Source: Leptospiraceae bacterium
Lineage (GTDB): Bacteria > Spirochaetota > Leptospiria > Leptospirales > Leptonemataceae
DNA: 64,000 nt
Assembly (NCBI GenBank): GCA_040217195.1
Contig: JAVJNR010000003.1
Coordinates: forward strand, 736,001 to 800,000
Direction: 5' to 3'
Below are positions 38,433-48,235 of the stretch, piece by piece. Under the pieces are notes generated by a model. It saw only the letters and a list, made by a program, of their open reading frames with translations, had not been told where the DNA came from and did no database searches. The position numbers and the translations under genes are program-made. Each line of letters starts with the position of its first letter. The stretch's first letter is position 1.

Positions 38433-39128
38433 ATGTCCGGTTCTTCAATTACAACCATACTTCTGGTAGAAGATGAACCATTCCTGCGAAAAGGAATCCG
38501 TCTGAACCTGGAAGCAGAGGGATATCAGGTCATTGACTTTGAAAGAGCCGACCAGGTTCTGGAGCAGCAAAGTTCCTTCTCGGATATCGCTCTTGGGATT
38601 TTCGATATTATGCTTCCGGGGGAACTGGATGGCCTGGAACTTTGCCGTCGAATACGGGCCCGGTCTGATTTTCCAGTGATCTTTCTGACCGCGCGAAGTG
38701 GTCTGGATGATAAACTAGAAGCCTTTCGGTCCGGAGCGGACGACTACTTAACCAAACCTTTTGAACTGGAAGAATTGCTGGTACGGGTACAGGCAAGATT
38801 GAAGAACCGCCCTGCCTCTCAGGTATCCGAGACCATTGGAGAATACAAACTGGAACTGGAATCAGGGGTCGCCACCTCCCCGTCCGATGAGATGATTCGG
38901 TTTAATGAGCGTGAAATCAAGATACTGAGATTATTGGTTCAGAACCGAGGCAGGCCAGTGCATCGAAATGAAATCCTGGACCATGCCTGGTCCAGCGCGG
39001 AAAGTCCCACAAATCGCACAGTAGACAATTACATAGTTAAGTTCCGAAAGATTTTTGAGGATGATCCAACTAACCCTCGCTGGTTCATTACACGCCATGG
39101 ACAGGGATATGAACTGGCTCGCCCCTGA
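38433..39128 (+). CDS. hemR: OmpR-family response regulator (Rrlep/HemR-like)
   Basis: ILLVEDE, DIMLP, FLTA, GADDYLTKPF, winged helix RTVDNYIVKFRK..T..G.GY. Orthology inferred from synteny. Confidence 0.8.
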   Translation: MSGSSITTILLVEDEPFLRKGIRLNLEAEGYQVIDFERADQVLEQQSSFSDIALGIFDIMLPGELDGLELCRRIRARSDFPVIFLTARSGLDDKLEAFRSGADDYLTKPFELEELLVRVQARLKNRPASQVSETIGEYKLELESGVATSPSDEMIRFNEREIKILRLLVQNRGRPVHRNEILDHAWSSAESPTNRTVDNYIVKFRKIFEDDPTNPRWFITRHGQGYELARP

Positions 39129-39288
39129 CCGGTTACCGAGGATACTCCAGGTAAAACCATTCAGTTATTCCCGGAGAGTCGGAGTGTCTTACTTTTTCCT
39201 GCGCAGTCCAGGTCTGCTTGCGCCATGCAGTCTAGCATTCACCTAAATTTGAATCGACTACCTACCCCTGGCCGGACTTTCTTTCCTC

Positions 39289-40335
39289 ATGTCTGACTAT
39301 CCGCTAATTCAAGCATTCTCCGAAAGAAATCATAATTATCTGCCTCTGTGGTACATGCGACAGGCTGGACGCTATCTACCGGAGTACAATGAAATTCGCA
39401 AAGGAAAAACTTTTCTGGATCTAAGTATGAACCCAGAACTCTCCATTGAAGTTAGCCTGCAGCCACATAGACGCTATGGAATGGATGGCATCATAATGTT
39501 TTCCGACATTCTAACCCCTGTTCATGCAGCAGGAATACCGCTGCACTTTGAGGAAGGTAGGGGCCCGGTTCTGGAAAAGACCATTCGCAGCGAAAATGAG
39601 CTCAAACTAATAGACAACTACGATCCAGCCCGGGATAATTCCTATGTAGGCGAAACCTTGCAGGGCATTCAATCATACATTCAGGAATTAAAATCGGAAG
39701 CAAGGCCCGCATTGCTAGGATTTGCAGGGGCTCCCTTTACCCTGGCAAGCTATATCGTAGAAGGATCCACAACCAGAAAATTCGAATTAACCAAGACAGC
39801 CGCCTTTCGTGACACGGATTTCTTTTTGAAGCTGCTGGGAAGGCTGGCAGAGATCACAGCGGATTATCTGGTGTATCAAATTGAAAGTGGTGCGCAGATA
39901 GTGCAGCTATTTGACTCCTGGGGCGGAATCTTACAGTCAGAGGATTATGAAGAATTCTCCGGTCAGTTTAACAGACAGATTCTAAAAACCGTCAGACAAA
40001 AAGCAAAGAAGCCCTTCCGATTTATAATGTTTACCGGTAACTCCGCTCATTTGATGGATCAAATCGCAGCTATGGAGCCGGATGGAATCAGCATAGACTG
40101 GAGAACGCCGGATGAAACCATTCAGCAATTGCCCCCGGAACTAACGCTGCAGGGCAATCTGGATCCGCTCATACTCTACGGTAGTAAAGAAAGAGTCATG
40201 GACGCTACTCAAAAGACTATCCGGCGATTCGCAGGAAAGAAGCATATATTCAATCTAGGACATGGAATTCATCCTTCCACTCCTCTGGAAAATGTTCAGA
40301 CTATGATCGATACGGTGCGAGCCCATAAAGACTGA
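39289..40335 (+). CDS. hemE: Uroporphyrinogen decarboxylase
   Basis: PLWYMRQAGRYLPEY, FSDIL, GFAGAPFTLASY, QLFDSW, QGNLDP, FNLGHGI. Confidence 0.97.
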   Translation: MSDYPLIQAFSERNHNYLPLWYMRQAGRYLPEYNEIRKGKTFLDLSMNPELSIEVSLQPHRRYGMDGIIMFSDILTPVHAAGIPLHFEEGRGPVLEKTIRSENELKLIDNYDPARDNSYVGETLQGIQSYIQELKSEARPALLGFAGAPFTLASYIVEGSTTRKFELTKTAAFRDTDFFLKLLGRLAEITADYLVYQIESGAQIVQLFDSWGGILQSEDYEEFSGQFNRQILKTVRQKAKKPFRFIMFTGNSAHLMDQIAAMEPDGISIDWRTPDETIQQLPPELTLQGNLDPLILYGSKERVMDATQKTIRRFAGKKHIFNLGHGIHPSTPLENVQTMIDTVRAHKD

Positions 40336-40485
40336 ATCTAAAAGTATCTATTGAGAGTTGGGCCAGATGGGTCTGGATTTGAGTGCCGTTTATAGATTCG
40401 GCTGCCGGGTTGGTTCAGCTCCGGTGGCATTCTTACTGATCATACTATTTTGATTACAATCAGACCTGGACCGAATTACACCAAT

Positions 40486-41118
40486 CTAGAGCCCCTGGGA
40501 TGGCCGATCCGCAGGATCATAGATCCATTCTTCGGTATCCCAGCCTTCTTCGTTTTCAATGGGAGACCGCTTTCGATTTTCATAGGCTGTGTCTCCGGTG
40601 CTGTAATAAAGCAATGGATCAAAGCCCTCTTCCTCGGCCGATTCACTGTCCGCATATTGCCAGGGATCTGGTTCAGGCAGTACCTGGAATTCCACCTGAT
40701 CAAAGGGAATGGATTCATAGGCTATTTTTAGAATGTAGGAACCGGGATCCAGAGGTTCGTAATACTGCCGAAATACAACTCCTCCAGCGCCGGACTCAAG
40801 TTCCAATCTTCGAAGGTCAATTTCCACCGGTTCTGGACTTTCGCCGGTAGTGTATAATGCGGCCAGAAATTTCTCTTGATCGAAAGAGCCAGAATCAATG
40901 CGGTAAATCCAGAAGATAGTTTGTGATTCAGAAAAGAAAAGCCGATCTCGCCTAATGCGATAATCCCTGGGATGAAGGAGCCTCTCTTCAATTTCGCCCA
41001 TTCCTTCTTTATTCAAGGCAGCCCAGCCAAAATCACCGGGCTCGGGCTTGCCGCAGTGCAGGGCCAGCAGAATAAAGAACAGGATGCCCGGCAGTCTTCC
41101 GATTGAACGGGAAAGCAT
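40486..41118 (-). CDS. Hypothetical lipoprotein with an acidic tail
   Basis: Lipobox LALHC; ATG 1 bp after the stop of the upstream gene. Confidence 0.65.
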   Translation of the reverse strand: MLSRSIGRLPGILFFILLALHCGKPEPGDFGWAALNKEGMGEIEERLLHPRDYRIRRDRLFFSESQTIFWIYRIDSGSFDQEKFLAALYTTGESPEPVEIDLRRLELESGAGGVVFRQYYEPLDPGSYILKIAYESIPFDQVEFQVLPEPDPWQYADSESAEEEGFDPLLYYSTGDTAYENRKRSPIENEEGWDTEEWIYDPADRPSQGL

Positions 41119-41119
41119 C

Positions 41120-42583
41120 TTACTTACCCATATCTCCCGCTGAATAGGTCTGCAAAAGAACCTGGGCCTGCCAGCGAGCAATGGCAAAGAATCTGGATAG
41201 AGCGTAAACCTGCATGCTTTCGCTTCCGTATTCCTTTTTTACGTTCCTAAGTACAGCATTCAATGAACCAGGAACATTGATTCCTTTACCCATAAGCTCC
41301 AGAGCCTTTTCCTCCTTGATTCCGTAGTACTTCATGTAGGAACGTCTGAAGAACTGGGAAGACTCTGTATTCGACTCTGCATAGGATCTGAATGAATTAT
41401 GAATCTGCCCCATCAGGTTTCGAGCCGATTCGCTTCCCAGATTCTCGCTCATGATCTGGCTTAGAAGACCAACATATCTTTTAGATTGTGCCTCGGTGTA
41501 TGGAAGCCTGGAATAATTTCCCGGACGTATTCTTGTAACAGTGGGCTTCTTCTGGGGACGAGGCTGGGGACGAACTCTTGGCTCGGTATCAACGGCCACT
41601 TCAGGTTCCTTTTTCTCTTCGCGCTTGGGCTCTTTTGAGGCCTCGTCTTTCAACTCTTCCAGCAAAGCCTGAGGCTCCATATCTCGCATACGGGCCATGG
41701 CAACGATGGCTGCGGCCTGAGTTTCTGTTCCGTCAACGTTCAGAAATACTTTCTTCAGCGCATTATAGCTTTCATCGGAGTATTCTGTTTCGCCCAGAGA
41801 TTCCATTGCCTGATGCAGGACTTCTGAATTTTCATTTCTGTAATTCAGGACTATGGAACGCAGAACAGGCACTACCAGATCATTATCATTCAACTGAGTT
41901 AGATAACGAATGGCGAACAGTCGTGTAGGATGATTCGCATCGGCGGCGGATTGCAGCATATACTCTGCTGCGCCGCCAGTCTTGATTCTGGACATTGCAT
42001 CGAACGCAGCAGCCGGATCGATACTGTTTTCAGCCATATATTTCAATTGAGGGACAGATTCTTCCAGGCCATGCTCGGCGAAAATCCGGGCCATATCGCC
42101 GTTTAGAATGGTTCGATCCTTTTCAGCCATGGATAGCAGGAACTGGGCTGAAGGCTTATCGCCTTGCTGAATCATGTATTTTCCCACAACGGAGTTATAC
42201 AACCCGGGGTCCTGATTCACCCGGCTTCGAATAAAATCTGCAGTTATGGAATCATTTCGTTTGAGTAATCGGGCAATGATGGCTTCTTTCTGTGGCTTCT
42301 CGGAAAATCCGCCGGAGCCATAAAGTTTCATCAGTGCATCCCGTCCGGACTCCGGGCCCATAGAATCGAGTAATGAAATAGAACGGTCCTTCTGGCTTTC
42401 CGGAATCTGGGAGCTGTTCTCCAGAATCTGCCGGGCCACCTCATCTCCACCGCCTTCCTCAATGAGCTGCTGCGCCCTGTCATAGAATTCCGGTTCTTGA
42501 ACCGATGGACCGGAACATTGCACAATAAGTAGAGTCAGAGAGACTACGGCATAGATAGCCCAGTTTTTAAGATTATAGTTCAT
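41120..42583 (-). CDS. HEAT-repeat-like alpha-helical lipoprotein
   Basis: Lipobox IVQC; helical repeats (RLFAIRYL, QAMESLG, AAAIVAMA); Pro/Lys-rich linker. Confidence 0.65.
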   Translation of the reverse strand: MNYNLKNWAIYAVVSLTLLIVQCSGPSVQEPEFYDRAQQLIEEGGGDEVARQILENSSQIPESQKDRSISLLDSMGPESGRDALMKLYGSGGFSEKPQKEAIIARLLKRNDSITADFIRSRVNQDPGLYNSVVGKYMIQQGDKPSAQFLLSMAEKDRTILNGDMARIFAEHGLEESVPQLKYMAENSIDPAAAFDAMSRIKTGGAAEYMLQSAADANHPTRLFAIRYLTQLNDNDLVVPVLRSIVLNYRNENSEVLHQAMESLGETEYSDESYNALKKVFLNVDGTETQAAAIVAMARMRDMEPQALLEELKDEASKEPKREEKKEPEVAVDTEPRVRPQPRPQKKPTVTRIRPGNYSRLPYTEAQSKRYVGLLSQIMSENLGSESARNLMGQIHNSFRSYAESNTESSQFFRRSYMKYYGIKEEKALELMGKGINVPGSLNAVLRNVKKEYGSESMQVYALSRFFAIARWQAQVLLQTYSAGDMGK

Positions 42584-42706
42584 CCCATTAGAATTATCGG
42601 ACCGGTGACTGGAATTCATGGAAAAAATAGGGAAAGGTCCGGCTCTTTAGAAATCCGGAAAATAACCTGGAGAAAACCGGAATGGACTTTCTTCCGTGGG
42701 CTGTAG

Positions 42707-42895
42707 CTAATCGTCCAGAACCCTGGAGCGGTCGGTGACATCCTTTTCTCTGGAACCAGAGAAGGATGACCAGCGGCTCTCTTTACCAGAAAACCGCGGC
42801 TGCTCCTCCTGGTGGCCCCCGGATGATTTCAGGAGCCAGGATTTGATCAATCGATAGCCAATGTATAGCAGTACAGCGTAGAGAATAAGCCTCAT
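42707..42895 (-). CDS. Small single-TM hypothetical protein
   Basis: Hydrophobic N-terminus and EKDVT C-terminal motif; ATGA overlap with the caspase gene stop. Confidence 0.6.
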   Translation of the reverse strand: MRLILYAVLLYIGYRLIKSWLLKSSGGHQEEQPRFSGKESRWSSFSGSREKDVTDRSRVLDD

Positions 42896-44634
42896 CTATC
42901 CCTAACGCTTTTTCGTGTCAGTACCACGTCAAGCTTGGTTATGCCCCCCGGTCTCACCTCAAATCGATTGTTTTCGATCGGAGAATTCTCCAGAAAGGAT
43001 ACCATCAGCTGATAGTTCGCGCTGGCGGGCAGATTTAAGAACCAGAAGGATCCATCAGACAGGGTTTTGAATTTATGAATTTGATTCACCCCTGTAACGG
43101 TAGGCATCCAGATTTCATGACCGGCCATGGGCTGCTCATAGTTCTTATAGAATACCTTTCCTTCGATGGAACCTCTTCCTGTGATACTGGCAACCACCAG
43201 CTCTTTTGCAACCTGATTCTTTTCTACACCAACTCTTCGTTTCAGAGCTGGATAACCATCTGCTTCAATGGTAACTTCATGAACCCCTGCGGGAACATCA
43301 GAAATGACGATCAGGGCTACCTGATTTCTTTTGACTACACCGTTGAAGGAATAGACACCCAGAGGAATTTGCTCACCCGTAATCTGGCGCAGCTGATATT
43401 CGTTAACCCATTGAAGTTTAACTGGGAATTCCTTCCCTGACACGGTGGCTTTCACCCGGCGATCTTCATCTTTCCTGGGTTCGCGGTTCTTTCCTTCACC
43501 CGGCTTTCGCTTATAAGGGCTGGTTTCACCGATTATGGCATGTGGATCGTTTTCTCCAATGATTTCATTGGGATTCATGGAACTCACAGCATACTTGCTT
43601 TTCAGGATGGTCGTGGCCAGAATGATTTTTCCCTGCTCTCCATGATTTACCACTTCTGGCTCAGTGGGTCCTACTGGATCTACCGGATCCACCGGATTGG
43701 GTGGTGGACCCACAGGCGAAGGGTTGGGATTGGGCTGAGGATCCACCACATTGGGTCCTGGCTGTGGAGCCGGTGGCGTAGGCTTGAACTGACCTGCAAT
43801 TTGAATTCCTGATCCATCGCCAATCAGCTGGGGAGTTTGCTTATGATTATATTTCTTCGCGCTATCGGTAACCCTCTTGCGGGTCCATTCAAAGGCTTCA
43901 AATATTGTAACCGTCCGGTCCTTATTCAGGTCTCCGTTGGCTGGATTCAATGCCTGGGCGAAATAGTAGGTAAAGATTCCATGATTAATGCCGCCTCTGA
44001 TTTCAATAGAAGTCTCATTTGCATCGCTGGAGGCAACTACTACTTTGTTATCAAAGTAACGTGTAGCATTTCGGTTCTGCAGTACGATTCCGGAGCTGCC
44101 ATCGCCTACGGGTACATCCCCGGTTCCGCGCTGCTTCTTGTTCTGTCGTCCAATACCACCGGCATGGCAACAATCGAATACAAATACGGTTTTTGTAGAT
44201 TCAACATCTTCGAGCCATTCGTTTAGCTGAAGCTCGCTAATGTGCGGCCGGTTGAACATTACAATAACATTGTCCAGTCCATCCGGAGCATTTTTATTCC
44301 TCTGGTAAGTTCCATGACCGGAAAAGTAAAAGACTACGGTATCGTCTTCATCGGTTTCATCCGCCACTTCTTCGATGGCCTTCTCAACATTGGTGGCCGT
44401 AACCATGCGACCCAGGTACACCTTGACATCATCGAATCGGCCGTGGGACTTCAGGGTTTGTTCCATGAGAGCGGCATCCTTCTCACAGAGTTCCAGGGGT
44501 GGAATGCCCGCAGAATTACCTGTGTAGTTGGTGCCAAAAAGCACAGCTACTCGCTTCGCCTGCACCGAGCCCAGGGCAGCAAACAGGCCCACTACCATCA
44601 CCAGCCATCGCATCTTTCGTATCATAGAATCCAT
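42892..44634 (-). CDS. Exported caspase-family (peptidase C14) protein with Pro-rich linker and C-terminal beta domains
   Basis: Signal peptide (VQA), FYFSGHG and FDCCHAG His-Cys dyad, HGIFTYY, QTPQ. Confidence 0.88.
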   Translation of the reverse strand: MDSMIRKMRWLVMVVGLFAALGSVQAKRVAVLFGTNYTGNSAGIPPLELCEKDAALMEQTLKSHGRFDDVKVYLGRMVTATNVEKAIEEVADETDEDDTVVFYFSGHGTYQRNKNAPDGLDNVIVMFNRPHISELQLNEWLEDVESTKTVFVFDCCHAGGIGRQNKKQRGTGDVPVGDGSSGIVLQNRNATRYFDNKVVVASSDANETSIEIRGGINHGIFTYYFAQALNPANGDLNKDRTVTIFEAFEWTRKRVTDSAKKYNHKQTPQLIGDGSGIQIAGQFKPTPPAPQPGPNVVDPQPNPNPSPVGPPPNPVDPVDPVGPTEPEVVNHGEQGKIILATTILKSKYAVSSMNPNEIIGENDPHAIIGETSPYKRKPGEGKNREPRKDEDRRVKATVSGKEFPVKLQWVNEYQLRQITGEQIPLGVYSFNGVVKRNQVALIVISDVPAGVHEVTIEADGYPALKRRVGVEKNQVAKELVVASITGRGSIEGKVFYKNYEQPMAGHEIWMPTVTGVNQIHKFKTLSDGSFWFLNLPASANYQLMVSFLENSPIENNRFEVRPGGITKLDVVLTRKSVRDR

Positions 44635-44757
44635 CCGTATTGGTAATCTCCCAGAAAGAATCTGCTTTCCGGGTACTGTATTTCGAGATCTACCATCCTC
44701 TGGTTTTTGGACGAGGACTGTCCAACCTGGTTCGGCCTTTTTGGGCCTGAATCTGGA

Positions 44758-45132
44758 TCAGTGGTCCTTTCCTTTCAGAAATAGGCGAATGTGATCACCC
44801 ACATGTTTCTGAAATACATCCTTGAGGGCCCGATCTTTTAGCTGCTTTAGATTTCTGTCAACTGCATCCAGCAGCAGTAGGCTATGGCGCAGGTAGGTTT
44901 TCTCGTAAACTTGAGATTCAGGGATTGGGTTGGCACCGTAGGTTTGATCCAGTAACTGCTGGACTTCGGTGCTGACCGAGTCTATATCATAGAACAGGTG
45001 CTCATAATTCTCGCCGATGAATTCTGCCTGAGAGTCCGGGTTTTCCGATTTCAACGCATCCCGCAGCAAGGTATGGGCCTTCCAGAGAAGGCCACGATAC
45101 CGTTTGAGCAGGAAACGTAAAAAAGAAGTCAA
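44758..45132 (-). CDS. Hypothetical helical protein downstream of fliS
   Basis: TTG start overlapping the fliS stop (TTGA); the longer 45225 start would overlap fliS. Confidence 0.5.
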   Translation of the reverse strand: MTSFLRFLLKRYRGLLWKAHTLLRDALKSENPDSQAEFIGENYEHLFYDIDSVSTEVQQLLDQTYGANPIPESQVYEKTYLRHSLLLLDAVDRNLKQLKDRALKDVFQKHVGDHIRLFLKGKDH

Positions 45133-45575
45133 CCCTGGATGTTCAATCCAGCGCCTTCCGGTCGACCGGTGGCTGGACGAGGGGCGGATGTGCCGGATCC
45201 CTCTCGGCTCAGGACTTCTTCCCATGCGGCTTTTAGCGGTTCGATGAGTTTAATAACCTCATCGATGACTGCTCCTTCTTTGGCCATATTGGCTTCCAGC
45301 AGCCGCTTTTTCATGTAGGCATACAGGTTAAACAGGTTCTGGGCCACCTCGCCTCCCTCCATGTTCAGAGAGAGCATTAGCTCGGTGATAATATCCTGGG
45401 CTTTAATGATGTTTGCATTTGCTACATCATACGTCCTGGGATTCAGATTATCCTGTGCAATTCTGAGAAAGCGGATAGCACCATCGTATAGCATGACTAT
45501 CAGCTTGCCTTGATTGGCTGTCTGGATCTCGGTATCTTTGTAGGCGTCGTACTGGCTTTTTCTGGCTAGGGCCAT
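45129..45575 (-). CDS. fliS: Flagellar export chaperone FliS
   Basis: AYK...TA.QGKLIVMLYDGAIRFL, KAQDIITELM.SLN, NLFNLY.Y, L..AWEE. Confidence 0.96.
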   Translation of the reverse strand: MALARKSQYDAYKDTEIQTANQGKLIVMLYDGAIRFLRIAQDNLNPRTYDVANANIIKAQDIITELMLSLNMEGGEVAQNLFNLYAYMKKRLLEANMAKEGAVIDEVIKLIEPLKAAWEEVLSREGSGTSAPRPATGRPEGAGLNIQG

Positions 45576-45715
45576 TGAATCACTCCCGTGCTTTGCCTAT
45601 CGGCGGTATGGCAATTCGGCTTAATAGTTGTAATCATTCCAGGCACCGAATTTCCGCACCTCGGCCCGACGGGCCTCCGGAGCCTCAGATCCGACCTGAA
45701 ACCTCCGAGCCGGAC

Positions 45716-46579
45716 TTACTGGGCCGGATTGTCAATCATCCAGCCTGCGCCCAGAAGCACCAGAATCAGTATACCCAGCAGGATTCGGTAGGCAACAAAA
45801 ATGAGAGTGCTATGAGTCCTTAAATAGCGGAGTAAACCGGCCACAGCAATGTAGCCGGACAGACCAGCCACTATTGTACCCAGCAAAAGCCCTTCCAGAC
45901 CCAGGGTTTTCAGCTCATCAAAGTCTTTGATAAGCTCATAAACTCCAGAAAGCCCGATGGCAGGAATCGAAAGCAGAAAAGAAAATCGCATGGAGCCCTG
46001 ACGAGTGAGCCCCAGGAACAATCCCATCATCAAAGTTGTACCTGATCGGGATGCGCCCGGAACCAGAGCCAGTGCCTGCGCCATACCAATCCAGAAAGCA
46101 TCCATCATAGTAATGCTGTTAACGAGCCGCTCTTTTTTGCCGGTGCGGTCCGCCCACCAGAGAAATACAGCCAGGATAATTAAACTGCCAGCGATCACAT
46201 AGAGTGATCGAAACGGACCCACTATGTAATCTTTAAGTATGAGACCGAAAACGGAAACTGGAATGGTTCCAACAATCAGATAGTAGGGCATCCTGGCGTC
46301 CAGGTCCCAGTCTCGAAACTGGGCAAACTGAAGCCTCTGTCCCTGGGCCGGGAACAATGAACGATAGGTTGCCACAATGAATTCGCCCAGGTCTTTGCGA
46401 AAATAGACAACCAGAGATAATAGAGTCCCGAGTTGCAGCACAGCCGAATAGGCCGCACCGGGATCCTTGAGCTGCATGAAGGCAGGAATGATTCGAAGAT
46501 GCGCCGTGCTGGAAATCGGAATAAATTCCGCCAGGCCCTGTACAAGCCCCAGAATGACAGCTGTCTGATTGTCGATCAT
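45716..46579 (-). CDS. uppP: Undecaprenyl-diphosphate phosphatase
   Basis: GLVQGLAEFIPISSTAH, QALALVPGASRSG.T, FSFLLSIP, YRILLG. Confidence 0.96.
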   Translation of the reverse strand: MIDNQTAVILGLVQGLAEFIPISSTAHLRIIPAFMQLKDPGAAYSAVLQLGTLLSLVVYFRKDLGEFIVATYRSLFPAQGQRLQFAQFRDWDLDARMPYYLIVGTIPVSVFGLILKDYIVGPFRSLYVIAGSLIILAVFLWWADRTGKKERLVNSITMMDAFWIGMAQALALVPGASRSGTTLMMGLFLGLTRQGSMRFSFLLSIPAIGLSGVYELIKDFDELKTLGLEGLLLGTIVAGLSGYIAVAGLLRYLRTHSTLIFVAYRILLGILILVLLGAGWMIDNPAQ

Positions 46580-46745
46580 GAACCAGGATTGAAAGCCATT
46601 TAGGCCGGTCCAGTGAGTATTTGCTCAGATCTGGCCCAATGTCCGTGTCCCTGCTTCCCATTGGGCTCAGGTACATATTAATTCGCCGCGGTAGGAGTGT
46701 TCCAGGCCCATCCCCGGTGAAGTGTGCCGAAAGCCCTACCCTGGC

Positions 46746-47150
46746 CTAGTATTTCACCATGGGCTTCAGTCTCTTGGCCGTTGTAACCCAGCGCTTCACC
46801 TGAACCATACCAGGCACTCTTTCCACAAAGTTCTTCTTCTTGTTCATCTCCAGTAATGATTCATAGAGATTGTCCGGCCTTCTTTTGGACAGTTCCTTAA
46901 TGGTATCTACGCCTGCAGCCTCCAGCAATTCGGCCTTCAGACCTGCAATTCCTTTGATACGAAACAGATCTGCATGATTGACCCATTTAAGCAGTTGTTT
47001 TTCGCTTATCCTGGCTTCCTTTGAAATCTGCTTTCTGTCCTGCGGCCTGCTGGCCTGCTCCAGAAGCTTCTCAATTGTAGTAATGCCAACTGATTTCAGC
47101 TTCTGCGCTGCCCTGTCATCGATTCCTTCTATACGATTAAGCTTTGCCAT
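46746..47150 (-). CDS. DUF4332 (helix-hairpin-helix) domain protein
   Basis: IEGI...KL...GI.T..LL, LKWVNHADLFRIKGI...AELLEAAGVDT.KEL; GAGG RBS. Confidence 0.88.
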   Translation of the reverse strand: MAKLNRIEGIDDRAAQKLKSVGITTIEKLLEQASRPQDRKQISKEARISEKQLLKWVNHADLFRIKGIAGLKAELLEAAGVDTIKELSKRRPDNLYESLLEMNKKKNFVERVPGMVQVKRWVTTAKRLKPMVKY

Positions 47151-47594
47151 GATTTTCCTCTCCCCAAATGACGCGGCAGATGCAGATGCTTTCTGTGCCG
47201 CGAATGTAAAATAGAACCCGGGATAACTCAGACTTTCGCGTGGGATCTTCGGGCGAAGCCTCCTAAGACCCAATGGTTTCGCCTTTCTGACTGAGCTGGC
47301 CTATCTCCCCCATGTATAGTGTACGTTATACTTGGGATCAAGTATTTTATAAATCTAAAGCAAATTTTTTCAACCATTCGGCCAGGTCCAGGGATACATT
47401 CTCAAGCAGATAGGGTATAGTTGCAGGCCAAGATTCTAATGCTGCAAGCTTAGGTTAGTCGCCGGTGGACATTCAAAGGATGATTATACCATCAGGCGAT
47501 TTTCGCCGCCACCTGCCTAAATGGTGGGCTGCCAGACTTAATCTGATTTAGCTGGGGGTAGAAGATCTTAAAAGAAGAATGATTCAGTATTTGC

Positions 47595-48146
47595 ATGGAG
47601 AAATCCATGGGTTCCAAAAAATCAGTGAATATGCCGGGCGAAAGATACATTCGATCCTATTTCTATAAAATCGATGGCAAGGGATTACTTTACCATGATG
47701 GCACCTTGCAGGATGATGCGAAGTTCCTGGATTTCTTTTTCAAGCGTCTCAAGCCCAACGATACGGGGGAAAATCCAGATTATCCATACATTTCACCTTG
47801 CGGCAAAGAGATGAATTTCATCAGAAGCGAAGGGGCTCCCTTTGTTTTCAGGAAGCTAAACGACCAGCGTAAGGTTTTGATTTTTGCAGCATCCCTGGAG
47901 TTTAACTGGAGGCCGGAACAACTAGTATTTGGATCCGACGGACAGCTGTATCATCCGGCGCCGTTTGAGCTTGGTCGCATATCTCCTGAACTACTACTTG
48001 AATGGCAGAACTATCTGGACTTCGATAGCAGCTGGAAAATTCGACCGGAGGGACCCTTCGCAAGCCTGAGCAAAACTCAGATTCTATCTCCTATGGAGGA
48101 AGACCTGGATAAAAGGATGAGGTTACCCGAGCATTTCCCTGCCTGA
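47595..48146 (+). CDS. DUF4505 family protein (C8orf82-like)
   Basis: RSYFYKID..G.L, FLDFFFKRL..N.T, YPYISPCG.E.NF, G.LYHP. Confidence 0.8.
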   Translation: MEKSMGSKKSVNMPGERYIRSYFYKIDGKGLLYHDGTLQDDAKFLDFFFKRLKPNDTGENPDYPYISPCGKEMNFIRSEGAPFVFRKLNDQRKVLIFAASLEFNWRPEQLVFGSDGQLYHPAPFELGRISPELLLEWQNYLDFDSSWKIRPEGPFASLSKTQILSPMEEDLDKRMRLPEHFPA

Positions 48147-48235
48147 TTGGGAACTGATTCCGAGTCAAATTTGCCAGAGAGACAGGCCCGCCAGGAATGG
48201 CCGGACAATACGACCATCCGAACGGACCTTAATTC

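Noticed and set aside
47220..47300. c-di-GMP-I riboswitch
   Set aside because: GGCGAAACC and ACGCGAAAG resemble the motif, but the GAAA-capped P2 stem and the expected order of elements are missing; kept only as an unclassified structure.
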